Shown here piece by piece: positions 1-9,653 of a DNA stretch of 30,978 nucleotides. The first letter of the stretch is position 1. Each line of letters opens with the position of its first letter. The translations under genes and the position numbers were made by a program. The notes beneath the pieces were generated by a model that made no database searches, was not told where the DNA came from, and was given only the letters and a program-made list of their open reading frames with translations. The stretch spans positions 1 through 30,978 of the forward strand of contig SUPR01000036.1 in assembly GCA_005191425.1 (NCBI GenBank), read 5' to 3'. Source of the DNA: Candidatus Helarchaeota ASGARD archaeon Hel_GB_B. GTDB taxonomy: Archaea; Asgardarchaeota; Lokiarchaeia; Helarchaeales; HEL-GB-B.

Positions 1-110
1 ATAATAATATTTATATTTATAATACATTTTTAAAATCATCTCATATTATGATTAAATAAAAATAATAGTTTGATATAGAAAAATCTTTTTTAATTTAGTC
101 GGAGAAAGAA

Positions 111-130
111 ATTTATTTATTTATTTATTT
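111..130. repeat. (ATTT)5 microsatellite just upstream of the nucleotidyltransferase start
   Basis: Direct reading: atttatttatttatttattt at 111-130. Confidence 0.8.
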
Positions 131-138
131 ATATATTT

Positions 139-561
139 TTGCCGGGCAAAGGTTTTTGTAAAATCTCGAAATATATAGAAACTATCAAAAAAAATTTAGA
201 GCCATTATGTATAATTCTTTTTGGGTCTGTAGCAAGAGGGGATTATAACGAGCGTAGTGATATTGATTTGGTCATTATTTCTAATTCATTTCCTAAAAAT
301 TCTCTAAAAAGACTTAAATTACTGATGGACTTAATAGGTAATTTGACACCAATTGAACCTTTTGGTTATACCGATGAAGAATTTAAAAATATGATTGAAA
401 AAAGACATCTGACAGCACTCTTTGCTATGGAAGAAGGAATAGCACTTTATGGTACCAAATATTTTAAAAAGTTAAGAAAACAATATAATATAATGAAAAA
501 AAGAACTGGACTGGTACTCGAAGATTGTATCTGGGTAACTACAAAGCTAATTAATGAATAA
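139..561 (+). CDS. Minimal nucleotidyltransferase (MNT, Pol-beta superfamily)
   Basis: IILFGSVARGD...SDIDLVII is the GS...DxD signature of MNT proteins; 140 aa; TTG start. Confidence 0.9.
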   Translation: MPGKGFCKISKYIETIKKNLEPLCIILFGSVARGDYNERSDIDLVIISNSFPKNSLKRLKLLMDLIGNLTPIEPFGYTDEEFKNMIEKRHLTALFAMEEGIALYGTKYFKKLRKQYNIMKKRTGLVLEDCIWVTTKLINE

Positions 562-610
562 ACAATTAATTAAATGTCCAATAAGTTTAATATTGAAACG
601 CGTCAAACTA

Positions 611-665
611 TGCCGTCATTACCTTATTTTGTTTTGGATATTAATAAAAGAGGCATGACGGTGCA
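611..665. other. Imperfect stem-loop in the MNT-uvrC spacer
   Basis: ccgtcat (613-619) is the exact reverse complement of atgacgg (655-661); inner cctt (622-625) pairs with gagg (650-653, one G-U); GC-richer than the flanks. Confidence 0.4.
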
Positions 666-759
666 ACTAAATTTATGTAATCTTTAAAGATTAAGGTTAT
701 AAGGAATTTATTAATAAAAAGTTGCAATAAACATCATTTTAGAAGGTCTAATTAAAAAT

Positions 760-2025
760 ATGGATCAATTACTTGAAAACCTCCCAGACAAGCCAGGAGT
801 TTATTTTTTTAAAAATAAAGATGGGAGGATATTATATATAGGAAAGGCTGCAGATATTAGAAAAAGAGTAAAGGACCACTTTAAGTCATCTTCAAATATT
901 TATCTTAAGGATGAAATTTTAAATTCTAAAGAAATTATTGTAGAGTACAAAGTAACTAACTCTGAAATTGATGCATTACTATTGGAAGCTAAGTTGATAC
1001 GAGAATATAGTCCATTATATAATATTAGACAGAAGGATGATTCTTCATATCCATATATTGTTATTACAAATGAAAAATATCCCCGAATTTTCTATGAACG
1101 AAAATTAAAGGAAAAGAAAACTGGAGGGACATATTATGGACCATTTGTAAGCGTAAAAGCAGTGAAAGAGACAATAAATTTTATACAACAAGTCTGGAAA
1201 ATTGCTAGTTGTAAATATAAGAAATTTCCGAAAAGAAAATGTTATAAATTTCAAATTGGGTTGTGCTCAGCACCTTGCGAAGACGGAAATGTCCCACTTA
1301 AATCATATTTAAATAATATTAAGGAAGTAAAAGAGTTTTTGGGCGGTAAAAATAAACAAAGAATCATCGATGAAAAAACAGAATTAATGGAAAAATATTC
1401 GCAAGAACTAAAATTTGAAGAAGCTGCAAAATTAAGAGACCAAATTAAAGCGTTAAATAAAACAATTGAGAATTATCAGGTATATATCCCACAATATTAC
1501 ATAAAAAATAGCCTTAAAGAAATTCAAAAATGCTTTAATCTGCCAGAAATTCCCGTTTCTATTGAGGCTTTTGATATTTCAAATATTGGAACTGAATTTG
1601 CCGTAGGTGCAATGGTATATTTCCATAACGGCTATCCAGATAAAAATAACTACCGAAGATTCCGGATAAAAACAATAAAAAATAGACAAAATGACGTCCT
1701 TATGATGCGAGAAGTTGTCCATAGAAGGTATTCAAGACTTTTAAAAGAGAACAAAGAGCTCCCAAACTTAATTATAATTGATGGAGGAAAAACGCAGTTA
1801 AGTAGTGTTATTAAAGAATTAACAGACCTTAAAATAAAAATTAATACAATTGCTATTGCTAAAAAATTTGATAATATCTATTTTTATGAAAATGAACAAA
1901 TTAAAAAGATAAATTTACCCGAATCTTCCCCAGCACTACTCCTTATTAAAAGAATTCGCGATGAAGTCCACCGATTTGCAATTAAATATCACCGCTTGAT
2001 TAGGTCCAAACAATTTAAAAATTAA
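760..2025 (+). CDS. uvrC: Excinuclease ABC subunit C, C-terminally short (no HhH)
   Basis: GIY-YIG (PGVYFF...ILYIGKA), Cys cluster (CKY...KCYKFQIGLCSAPC), UVR motif (LKFEEAAKLRDQI), RNase H-like nuclease (IEAFDISN, LIIIDGGKTQL, RIRDEVHRFAI). Confidence 0.93.
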   Translation: MDQLLENLPDKPGVYFFKNKDGRILYIGKAADIRKRVKDHFKSSSNIYLKDEILNSKEIIVEYKVTNSEIDALLLEAKLIREYSPLYNIRQKDDSSYPYIVITNEKYPRIFYERKLKEKKTGGTYYGPFVSVKAVKETINFIQQVWKIASCKYKKFPKRKCYKFQIGLCSAPCEDGNVPLKSYLNNIKEVKEFLGGKNKQRIIDEKTELMEKYSQELKFEEAAKLRDQIKALNKTIENYQVYIPQYYIKNSLKEIQKCFNLPEIPVSIEAFDISNIGTEFAVGAMVYFHNGYPDKNNYRRFRIKTIKNRQNDVLMMREVVHRRYSRLLKENKELPNLIIIDGGKTQLSSVIKELTDLKIKINTIAIAKKFDNIYFYENEQIKKINLPESSPALLLIKRIRDEVHRFAIKYHRLIRSKQFKN

Positions 2026-2091
2026 TTTGGTGCCGATTTCATTTATAAAACGGACAAAGATTTTTATTAAAAAAACAAAATAATTTCTCTA

Positions 2092-4614
2092 ATGGTATTA
2101 TTATCTCAGAAAAATGGTTCAATTTTTATGGAAAATGAATGGGAACGATTAGAAACTAATCTTGAATTGGGCATATTTTCTTTATATGATAATAAGACAA
2201 AAACCTATTATTTTAAAAATGCGACCAGTTATATTATAATTGACCAAACCGATAAAAAAACACAAAAACAGACCAGTAAAGAACCAAATACTAAACGACT
2301 TGATTTAACTGAAGATTATAAAAGGACATTTGAGATAGAAGATGTCCAAGATGAGATAGGAAAAGGTAAGAAAATTACTATAAAACAATTTAATGTCGAA
2401 TTTCAAATAATTTTATCACTTGAAATTTCAATTTACGATAATGACCCAGGGATTAAATTTGTTTTAAGACTTATAAATAATGGAGAAAATATAATAATAT
2501 CGGATTTTTATCCTTTTTTGATTATTAAAGGGAAAACTGGTGCACAACTTGAATTTGGAAAAGTAGAAGATTGGAAAATATTTAAAATTGGTTATCAATC
2601 TTGGTCTAATTCTGGAATAGTAAATTATTCGAGCAAATTCAGATTACCAAACATAGGTTGGGCGAGATTTCCGATTTATAATTTATATAATGAACCTGTA
2701 CCTGCAGGACAAATAAGGAGCAACTATTTCACAGTTATAAAAAATGCAGCCACTAAAAAAAATTTATTAATTGGCTTTTTAACTTTCAAGAACCAATTGT
2801 CCCAAATATTATTGGATTTTGATCTTGAAAATCGGAAATTAAAATCAATTAAAGCCCGATCACAAGCTGATGGGATTATTATTAAGAATGGAGAAACAAT
2901 AAAATCGGAAAACTTATATATTTTATTTTCAGATGACGAAATTTCAAGTTTAAATTCATATACAGATCTTGTTAGTATTATTTCTGACGCAAAAAAATGG
3001 GATCATGTCCCGACAGGTTTTAGTACCTGGTATAATTATTACCAGAATATTTCAGAAGAGGACTGCATTAAAAACATTAAAAGCATTAAATCACATAAAT
3101 CTGAAATACCAATTGAATATTTTCAATTAGACGACGGTTATGAAATTGTGTGTGGAGATTGGCCCGAACCAGCAAATAAAAAATTCTCGAATGGAATGAA
3201 ATATCTTGCAGATAAAATAAAAGAGATTGGGTTAATACCTGGGATCTGGATAGCACCTTTTTTAGTTTCACCAATATCAAAACTTTATAAAGAGCACCCA
3301 GATTGGGTTGTTAGAAATAGTAAAGGCAGGCCAATTTCCGGTGGGTTTAACCCGAATCTTTATGGTGGGAGTATATTAAGATTAAAATCAATAAAAGGTT
3401 TAGTGTCTTCTCTGTATGTCCTTGATACCACTCACCCCCAAGTCCAAGCATGGCTCCACCAACTGTTCTCAAAAATAGTAAATGAGTGGGGATTTCAATA
3501 TATAAAAATTGATTTTATTTATGCTGCAGCACTAGAAGGTATCAGATACGAACGAGTAACCCGGGCACAAGCTTATCGAAAAGGTATCCAAATAATACGA
3601 GATGCTGTTGGAGATAATGTATTCATCTTAGGATGTGGTGCGCCGTTAGGTCCATCAATCGGAATTGTAAATGGGATGAGAGTTAGCTGCGATACCGCAC
3701 ACATTTGGGAATCCACTGCCTCAAAATTCTTAGAAAAAATAATTAAATTACCACCAAGTTTGGGGTTATTACCTGCATTGACAAATGATATTTTACTTTC
3801 ATTCTTACATAATAAATGGTGGATAAACGACCCGGACTGCCTAATGGTTAGAAACAAAGGAAGTAAATTAACTTTAGATGAAGTTCGGACTCAAATTACA
3901 TTAATTGGTTTAAGCAACGGTATTTATATGATAAGTGATAATTTAACAGTTCTAGAGCCAGATAGATTTAAATTAATTAAGAAGTTTATTCCTATCGATA
4001 ATATAAACTCTTTTTCACCTGACCTTTTTGAAGCCGAAAATATTCGGCCCGAGTTAACTTTACCTAAATTCTTTATGAGAGAGGTAAAAACAGATTTTGA
4101 TAAGTGGTATATTGTGGGAATCTTCAATTGGAAAGACAAGCCTATAAACAATTTAATAATAAATTTTTCCGATTTAAAACTCGATATAAATAAAAAATAC
4201 CACGTTTACGAATTTTGGAGTGAAAAATATCTTGGGATTTTTGAAGATAAATTTGAACTCCCCTCATTAAAAAAACATGCTTGTTTTTTAGTAAGAATTT
4301 GTGAAGTTAAAGATTTCCCACAATTAGTAGGTTCAGGACTGCATTTTCTTCAAGGTAAAGCTGAAATCTCTTCTTTTCAATTTGATGAAAATTCTAAGAA
4401 ACTGAATATTGAGTTAAAGTTTAAGGGACACAATAAAGAAAATATTTTTATCTACACACCCACTCGCCTTTATCCATACGGCTCAGAAAATGAAGCAATT
4501 AATTGTAATTGCGAAATTATTAAATCAGAACCAAACTATATGATAGTTCAAATAGAATTTATCGAGAATGGAAAAATAATAATAGATTTGAGCAGAGGAA
4601 ATAAAAAAATTTAA
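2092..4614 (+). CDS. GH36-family alpha-galactosidase-like glycoside hydrolase
   Basis: GFSTWYNYY, YFQLDDGY, IPGIWIAPF, YIKIDFIY (nucleophile Asp), MRVSCDT (acid/base Asp) and WINDPDCL motifs. True start may be the second Met (MENEW). Confidence 0.88.
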   Translation: MVLLSQKNGSIFMENEWERLETNLELGIFSLYDNKTKTYYFKNATSYIIIDQTDKKTQKQTSKEPNTKRLDLTEDYKRTFEIEDVQDEIGKGKKITIKQFNVEFQIILSLEISIYDNDPGIKFVLRLINNGENIIISDFYPFLIIKGKTGAQLEFGKVEDWKIFKIGYQSWSNSGIVNYSSKFRLPNIGWARFPIYNLYNEPVPAGQIRSNYFTVIKNAATKKNLLIGFLTFKNQLSQILLDFDLENRKLKSIKARSQADGIIIKNGETIKSENLYILFSDDEISSLNSYTDLVSIISDAKKWDHVPTGFSTWYNYYQNISEEDCIKNIKSIKSHKSEIPIEYFQLDDGYEIVCGDWPEPANKKFSNGMKYLADKIKEIGLIPGIWIAPFLVSPISKLYKEHPDWVVRNSKGRPISGGFNPNLYGGSILRLKSIKGLVSSLYVLDTTHPQVQAWLHQLFSKIVNEWGFQYIKIDFIYAAALEGIRYERVTRAQAYRKGIQIIRDAVGDNVFILGCGAPLGPSIGIVNGMRVSCDTAHIWESTASKFLEKIIKLPPSLGLLPALTNDILLSFLHNKWWINDPDCLMVRNKGSKLTLDEVRTQITLIGLSNGIYMISDNLTVLEPDRFKLIKKFIPIDNINSFSPDLFEAENIRPELTLPKFFMREVKTDFDKWYIVGIFNWKDKPINNLIINFSDLKLDINKKYHVYEFWSEKYLGIFEDKFELPSLKKHACFLVRICEVKDFPQLVGSGLHFLQGKAEISSFQFDENSKKLNIELKFKGHNKENIFIYTPTRLYPYGSENEAINCNCEIIKSEPNYMIVQIEFIENGKIIIDLSRGNKKI

Positions 4615-4701
4615 TTTATTGAATAACTCATATCTTTTATAATTTCAAGGAATATTTTTAATTTAATCAATAAATTAATTTGATTTGGTCATGGTAAGCA
4701 T

Positions 4702-5814
4702 ATGAAATTAAGTAGCGGATGGAAAAAATTTTGGACTTCTATAATTTTATTTCTGGTCATTTTTCCACTAATAATTGGGACTATTTCATATTTTCAAATA
4801 AGACAGGAGGATACGTTAATAAGAGTCGCGGATTATACAATGAAAGAGATGGATTTCTCATTTGGCACGTGGGGAAAAGGGATAATGATGGCAGGATTGA
4901 TAGACGCATATAATATTACGAAAGACCAAAAATATCTCGCTTTTGTTAAATATTGGATAGATCAATCTATTTTTACCCAGACAAAAGATGGAGTATTTTC
5001 CCACGGAGAAACTACCGTTGGTGATTCCAGTGCAATTGGTATTTCAGTTCTATATTTTTATAAAATCACGAATGATATTTTTTATTTAGATGGGGCCAAA
5101 AGAAATATGGAATATCTATTAAATAAACCGCCCAAGACCGCAGAGGGCGGAATTTCGCATAGAATGTCTAATTTGGAACTATGGATTGACACACTTTATA
5201 TGGTTAGCCCATTTCTAGCAGAACTGGGCATTATCACCAGTAATAATAGCTTGATTGATAAAGCTATAGAACAAGTTTTCATACATGAAAAATATTTACG
5301 GGATGAAAATACCCATTTATATTCACACATATGGACTTGGAATGGAGTCAATGATGACCCAAACTTATGGAGTAGAGGAATCGGATGGATGACCTCTACT
5401 ATTGTTGACCTCTTAGATATAATCCCCAAATCGCACCCAAATTATACGGATCTGGTTAAACTTCTCCAGAACATTATTCCTGCAATATCAAGCCGCCAAG
5501 ACCCTTCTGGCCTGTGGCATACAATTATAAACGATACGTCCACACCATTAGAAACTAGTTGCACAGAACTTTTTGCATATAGTATTGCTCTTGCAGTAAA
5601 TAAGAGCTGGATCGAAGATAATGGTAATAAATCAGTTGCAATTAAGGCATTTAATGCTGTACTCAATAAAGTAAATGATGTAGGCATAGTAAGAGGTGTC
5701 TCTGGAGGGACTGGATACAATAGCTATAATGCACCGATATATACGAGAGCAATTTCTTGGGGACAAGGACTTTTTATGAAAACATATAAATTATTTAAAA
5801 TTTTGGGATGGTAA
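4702..5814 (+). CDS. GH105/GH88-type unsaturated glycuronyl hydrolase with N-terminal membrane anchor
   Basis: LWIDTLYMVSPFLA, WSRGIGW, GLWHTII, ETSCT and WGQGLF match YteR/GH105-type motifs; hydrophobic segment WTSIILFLVIFPLIIGTISYF at the N-terminus. Confidence 0.85.
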   Translation: MKLSSGWKKFWTSIILFLVIFPLIIGTISYFQIRQEDTLIRVADYTMKEMDFSFGTWGKGIMMAGLIDAYNITKDQKYLAFVKYWIDQSIFTQTKDGVFSHGETTVGDSSAIGISVLYFYKITNDIFYLDGAKRNMEYLLNKPPKTAEGGISHRMSNLELWIDTLYMVSPFLAELGIITSNNSLIDKAIEQVFIHEKYLRDENTHLYSHIWTWNGVNDDPNLWSRGIGWMTSTIVDLLDIIPKSHPNYTDLVKLLQNIIPAISSRQDPSGLWHTIINDTSTPLETSCTELFAYSIALAVNKSWIEDNGNKSVAIKAFNAVLNKVNDVGIVRGVSGGTGYNSYNAPIYTRAISWGQGLFMKTYKLFKILGW

Positions 5815-5817
5815 TAT

Positions 5818-6465
5818 TTGAATGAAGATAATATAATTACAAGGATTTATGGAATATTTATTAATACAAATTTAACATTTAAAAATATAAATAATCGTCC
5901 GACCCGGTTTTCAATTATTTTCCCTGGAATTATCTTGTATTATTCACTAATTTTTTATTTCTTATTATTTATCCCGACTATCTGGAGAAATATCTTTTTT
6001 ATTCAGCTAAGTGGGATTCCATCTTTAGAATTAATTGGAATATTTTTTGTAATAATGGTAATATTTGCAAGTTTCTCGATTTTAGGAATATTAATTATCA
6101 ATTTCTTTAGACAAATAATAACAAATAAAGGTAAAAAGAAAAAGCTTATGGTATTAAATTATTACTTTTATAGTCTTTCCCCTTTTTTACTATTATTGAC
6201 CCAACTTCCTTTTATTTTCATTTTTAATGGCCACTATCAACTTCACTATCTAACTTATTTTTATGTTACAATTTTATGTTTTACAATCTGCGCGCATATA
6301 ACCTATCTTGGAAAGGGAATACAACTTGCACTCAAATTAAATTGGCAGAAAACTTTAATTTTTATCATAATTTATGCCGGTTTTGTGGTAAGCATATTAT
6401 TTTTTATGTTTTATTTGGTCTACTTTTCAAATATTTCCTATTCATGGCTAGGTTCGTTATTCTGA
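5818..6465 (+). CDS. Polytopic membrane protein (about 5 TM; possibly Yip1-like)
   Basis: 215 aa with about five long hydrophobic segments; starts (TTG) 3 bp after the GH105 stop. The Yip1 resemblance is weak and topological only. Confidence 0.6.
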   Translation: MNEDNIITRIYGIFINTNLTFKNINNRPTRFSIIFPGIILYYSLIFYFLLFIPTIWRNIFFIQLSGIPSLELIGIFFVIMVIFASFSILGILIINFFRQIITNKGKKKKLMVLNYYFYSLSPFLLLLTQLPFIFIFNGHYQLHYLTYFYVTILCFTICAHITYLGKGIQLALKLNWQKTLIFIIIYAGFVVSILFFMFYLVYFSNISYSWLGSLF

Positions 6466-6510
6466 TAAATTTTAAGCCGATATGTTTTTTTTAAAAAAAA
6501 AGAAAAAGAA

Positions 6511-7542
6511 TTAAATATATCCAGCTTCTTTGGATAGTTCCACCACAAATTGAATTCGATTTACAGTTAAAGGATGAGTCCGTTCAAGTTCATTTCCACT
6601 TTTCTTTTCCTTCTCCATTTCTTTTTCTAGTTCGTTTTGGTCGATGTCTGGGTCGTCGATTTGATCTGCTATCTCATGAATTGAGTTGATAGTCTTGGCT
6701 AGATCATTAGTCTGTCTTGCAACGCTGTGAGGATCAATAATACACAAAGAATTTATCTCCTTTCTTGTTGCAAGTAACTTATTTCCTTTTCCAATATTTT
6801 TATAGGTTATTTTAGCTAAAGCTGCAGCAATTGGAACCGGACTTTTCATCATTTGAGTTGAATTGGCATCTGCATTATACTCCCGTAGCCGACTTATATA
6901 TAGAGACAAATATGTATTGACAATAAGAGCTACAAAAAAGACCAAAATTATCAAAAGCCAAGATAAGGAATCTTTCTTATATTTACCTGTCGATTGTGAA
7001 AAGCTATAAAAAGTATGTATGAATATCGGGATCGTTGAAAGAAAAATCATTGCCTTTAGATCGCCATGTTTTACATGCCCAATTTCATGCCCACAAACAC
7101 CATGTAGTTCTTCGGTGTCTAACCTATTTATCAAACCTTCTGTAAAAACGATTGTATTTCCATCACCAAGTCCCCAATATACAAATGCATTTAATTCATC
7201 GGTTTGTAGAATACCAATTTTTGAAAACTTCACTTTTGCCTGTTGGGCCATTTTATCCACCATGTCCCAAACTTGTGGGTTCTCCCCTTGAGTTATGAAT
7301 CTAAGTTTATTTCCAAAATGTGACTGTATAGACCATGGAGCAAGAATAAATTGTAGTAATATCTGTATTCCAGCGTATATTGAAGCAATTATTAAAATAT
7401 TTATAAAATCAAGTGTAGAAAATATAAACCAACTCCCCAGCGCAACTAACAAATAACATGTAAAAAAGGTTAATGCAATTGAAAAAAGAACAGACAATGC
7501 TAATTTGCCTTTGATCCTTTTTAAAGATTTTGTTTCACTCAT
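6511..7542 (-). CDS. htpX: M48 family zinc metalloprotease, HtpX-like
   Basis: N-terminal TM pair, LNAFVYWG, VFTEGLI, GHEIGH (HExxH), SRLREYNAD (third ligand Glu) and THP motif. Confidence 0.88.
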   Translation of the reverse strand: MSETKSLKRIKGKLALSVLFSIALTFFTCYLLVALGSWFIFSTLDFINILIIASIYAGIQILLQFILAPWSIQSHFGNKLRFITQGENPQVWDMVDKMAQQAKVKFSKIGILQTDELNAFVYWGLGDGNTIVFTEGLINRLDTEELHGVCGHEIGHVKHGDLKAMIFLSTIPIFIHTFYSFSQSTGKYKKDSLSWLLIILVFFVALIVNTYLSLYISRLREYNADANSTQMMKSPVPIAAALAKITYKNIGKGNKLLATRKEINSLCIIDPHSVARQTNDLAKTINSIHEIADQIDDPDIDQNELEKEMEKEKKSGNELERTHPLTVNRIQFVVELSKEAGYI

Positions 7543-8015
7543 ATTTAAAACCTAAATTAAATTTAAATTTGTAATTTTTATTATCTCAAATATTTTTTAT
7601 ATATTTTTATTTACATGTCTGAAATTTTTGTTTTTCTTAAAAAATATTATTTCCATGAAATTTTTAAAAATATGTTCAATTTCTCTTTAATATCTAAAAA
7701 ACATAGAAAAAACAACATTGTTAAATATTTCTAGTCGATCAATAAGAATTCGTCCACTGTCTAAAGACGGTTAATTTTATTGTTCATATTTTTTGAAGCT
7801 ATTTTATGCCTGTTTTTTCAACGCTCTTTTAATAATACCGTTAGAATGGATAAAACGGTCCTAATCAATTTTTGACAATTACAAATTTCCAAAATATAAA
7901 TAAATTTTCATTAATATTTATAATTAACAATAATTTCTATAAATTAATTATAATTTATTTAATGATAAAAAATTTATATAATCTTTAAAATAAGAATTCA
8001 TCACCACTAAAACAA

Positions 8016-9092
8016 TTGGACTGTATATGTATGGATGAAGAAATAAAATATAAGAGGTCAAATGCCAACAAAAATGAGAAGATTTTTGAAGTAAGAAAAA
8101 TCCAGCTCACTGGTGGTTGTACCTATCTTATCAGCCTTCCAAAACAGTGGGTAAAAAAAATTAAATTGGACGCAGGAGACCAAGTTGCAATTTTTGAGAG
8201 CGATATTTACGAAGGTAGCCTGGTCATAAACCCGCAATACGTAGAAACAGATAGGATTAAGGAAATAACTATTAAAATTATTGACGATAAAGGTTTTGAT
8301 CTAAGCAGAGAAATTCTCGCCAAATATTTATATGGCTATGACTTGATCAATATAGAATCAGACCAGAATATCTCTCGAGACCAGCGAGAAGAAATCAAGA
8401 AAATTACACAGAGACTTATAGGCATAGAAATTGTCGAGGAAAGCTCTAAAGTAATAAAAGTTCAATGTCTAATTTCACCCATAGCATTACCTGTTGAAAA
8501 AACGATTGATAGAATTTTTTTAATTGTTTCCCAGATGTTAAAAGATGCAGTACACGCAATAATTACAAATGACGTCGAATTGGCTAAAAATGTGGGCGAC
8601 AGAGACGATGAAGTCGACAGGTTATATTTTTTATGCGTGAGGCAGCTAAGGTCGTCAATCCAAGACGCAATCATAGCCAAATATAGTAAAATCACACCAC
8701 TAGAGTGCTTAGACTATAGGGTCATCGCAAAAGCAATTGAAAATGCAGGAGACCACATAGTAGAGATCAGTAGAATATATAAAAATGTAATTGCAGCTAA
8801 TAACATAAAATTACCTGACAATGTCAAGACCAAGTTGTCCAAGCTGTCTTCTATGATTTTTAATTTAATGAATAAGGCCAAAAAAGTTATGAAATCTCAT
8901 TCAATGGAGCTTGCACATGAAGTTATCGAGCCAGACCGGGGACTAATTAAGGAAGAATCTGAAAACCTCAAAATAATAATCAATTCTCAAAAAACTGAAA
9001 ATTGGACATTGCCTATCGATACAATTTTAGACCTCTTAATAAAAATCTCGGATATTGCTGGTGTCGATATTGCAGACCTTGTAATGGGTTAA
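8016..9092 (+). CDS. phoU: Archaeal phosphate uptake regulator (AbrB-like N-terminus + PhoU domains)
   Basis: RKIQLTGGCTYLISLPKQW (AbrB/MazE type), RDDEVDRLYF, IENAGDH. Likely start is ATG at 8031. Confidence 0.88.
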   Translation: MDCICMDEEIKYKRSNANKNEKIFEVRKIQLTGGCTYLISLPKQWVKKIKLDAGDQVAIFESDIYEGSLVINPQYVETDRIKEITIKIIDDKGFDLSREILAKYLYGYDLINIESDQNISRDQREEIKKITQRLIGIEIVEESSKVIKVQCLISPIALPVEKTIDRIFLIVSQMLKDAVHAIITNDVELAKNVGDRDDEVDRLYFLCVRQLRSSIQDAIIAKYSKITPLECLDYRVIAKAIENAGDHIVEISRIYKNVIAANNIKLPDNVKTKLSKLSSMIFNLMNKAKKVMKSHSMELAHEVIEPDRGLIKEESENLKIIINSQKTENWTLPIDTILDLLIKISDIAGVDIADLVMG

Positions 9093-9289
9093 ACTAAAAA
9101 AAATTAAGGGATATTTAACCACTCATTATTTCAATTTACAATTAAACACATATTTTGTTATATTATACTTCCAACTAAAAGCGACTTAATTTTAACGGCT
9201 AAAGCATTTTATGGAGAGAATAAAATAAATATTTTAATTATAAATCATGCATTAATCCAATATTTTTTGAATGCTAATAAAAAGTTGGA

Positions 9290-9643
9290 TTATTGCAATT
9301 TTCAATATCTATTTTAAATATTTTATTCGGTCGTTGGAGATGGAACAATATTCCACGTTTATTTGGAATAGAAGAAGCGGAAATAAGTTAACACCAGTAT
9401 TTTAGATGAAAATAGGAAGTTTTAATTCATTTGCTAATTTGATAAATTTTTGAATCTGTTTCGAATTTTCTGACAATACCACAAAAACTAGTGCCTTTCT
9501 TTCCAAATTTCCTATTAGGTTTTGGTCACTATTATAGCATATTAAAATTTCAAGTTCATCAGAAACATATTCTTTTCCTACAATTTCTTCTAATCTTTAT
9601 ATATCTCTTTTTTATTATCTAATTCTGGGAATAGATCACTCAT
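9290..9643 (-). pseudogene. Decayed N-terminal part of a GlcD/D-lactate-dehydrogenase-like FAD-binding oxidoreductase
   Basis: Hand translation across frameshifts from ATG 9643: MSDLFPELDNKKEIY/LEEIVGKEYVSDELEILICYNSD...LVFVVLSENSKQIQKFIKLANELKLPIFI*NTGVNL/SASSIPNKRGILFHLQRPNKIFKIDIEN. This follows the FAD_binding_4 N-terminal pattern (LxEIVG..V, LAN..K.P..PRG.GT.L, GGI..DL.RMNKI..ID.EN). End approximate. Confidence 0.78.
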
Positions 9644-9653
9644 TTAACAATAC

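Noticed and set aside
2026-2091. Frameshifted HhH continuation of UvrC
   Set aside because: The plus-strand frames give no HhH-like sequence before the GH36 gene begins.
7543-8015. Small hairpins (e.g. accgtt/aacggt near 7837-7860) and a possible coding relic in the htpX-phoU divergent spacer
   Set aside because: Stems are only 5-6 bp and the translated fragments match nothing I recognise.
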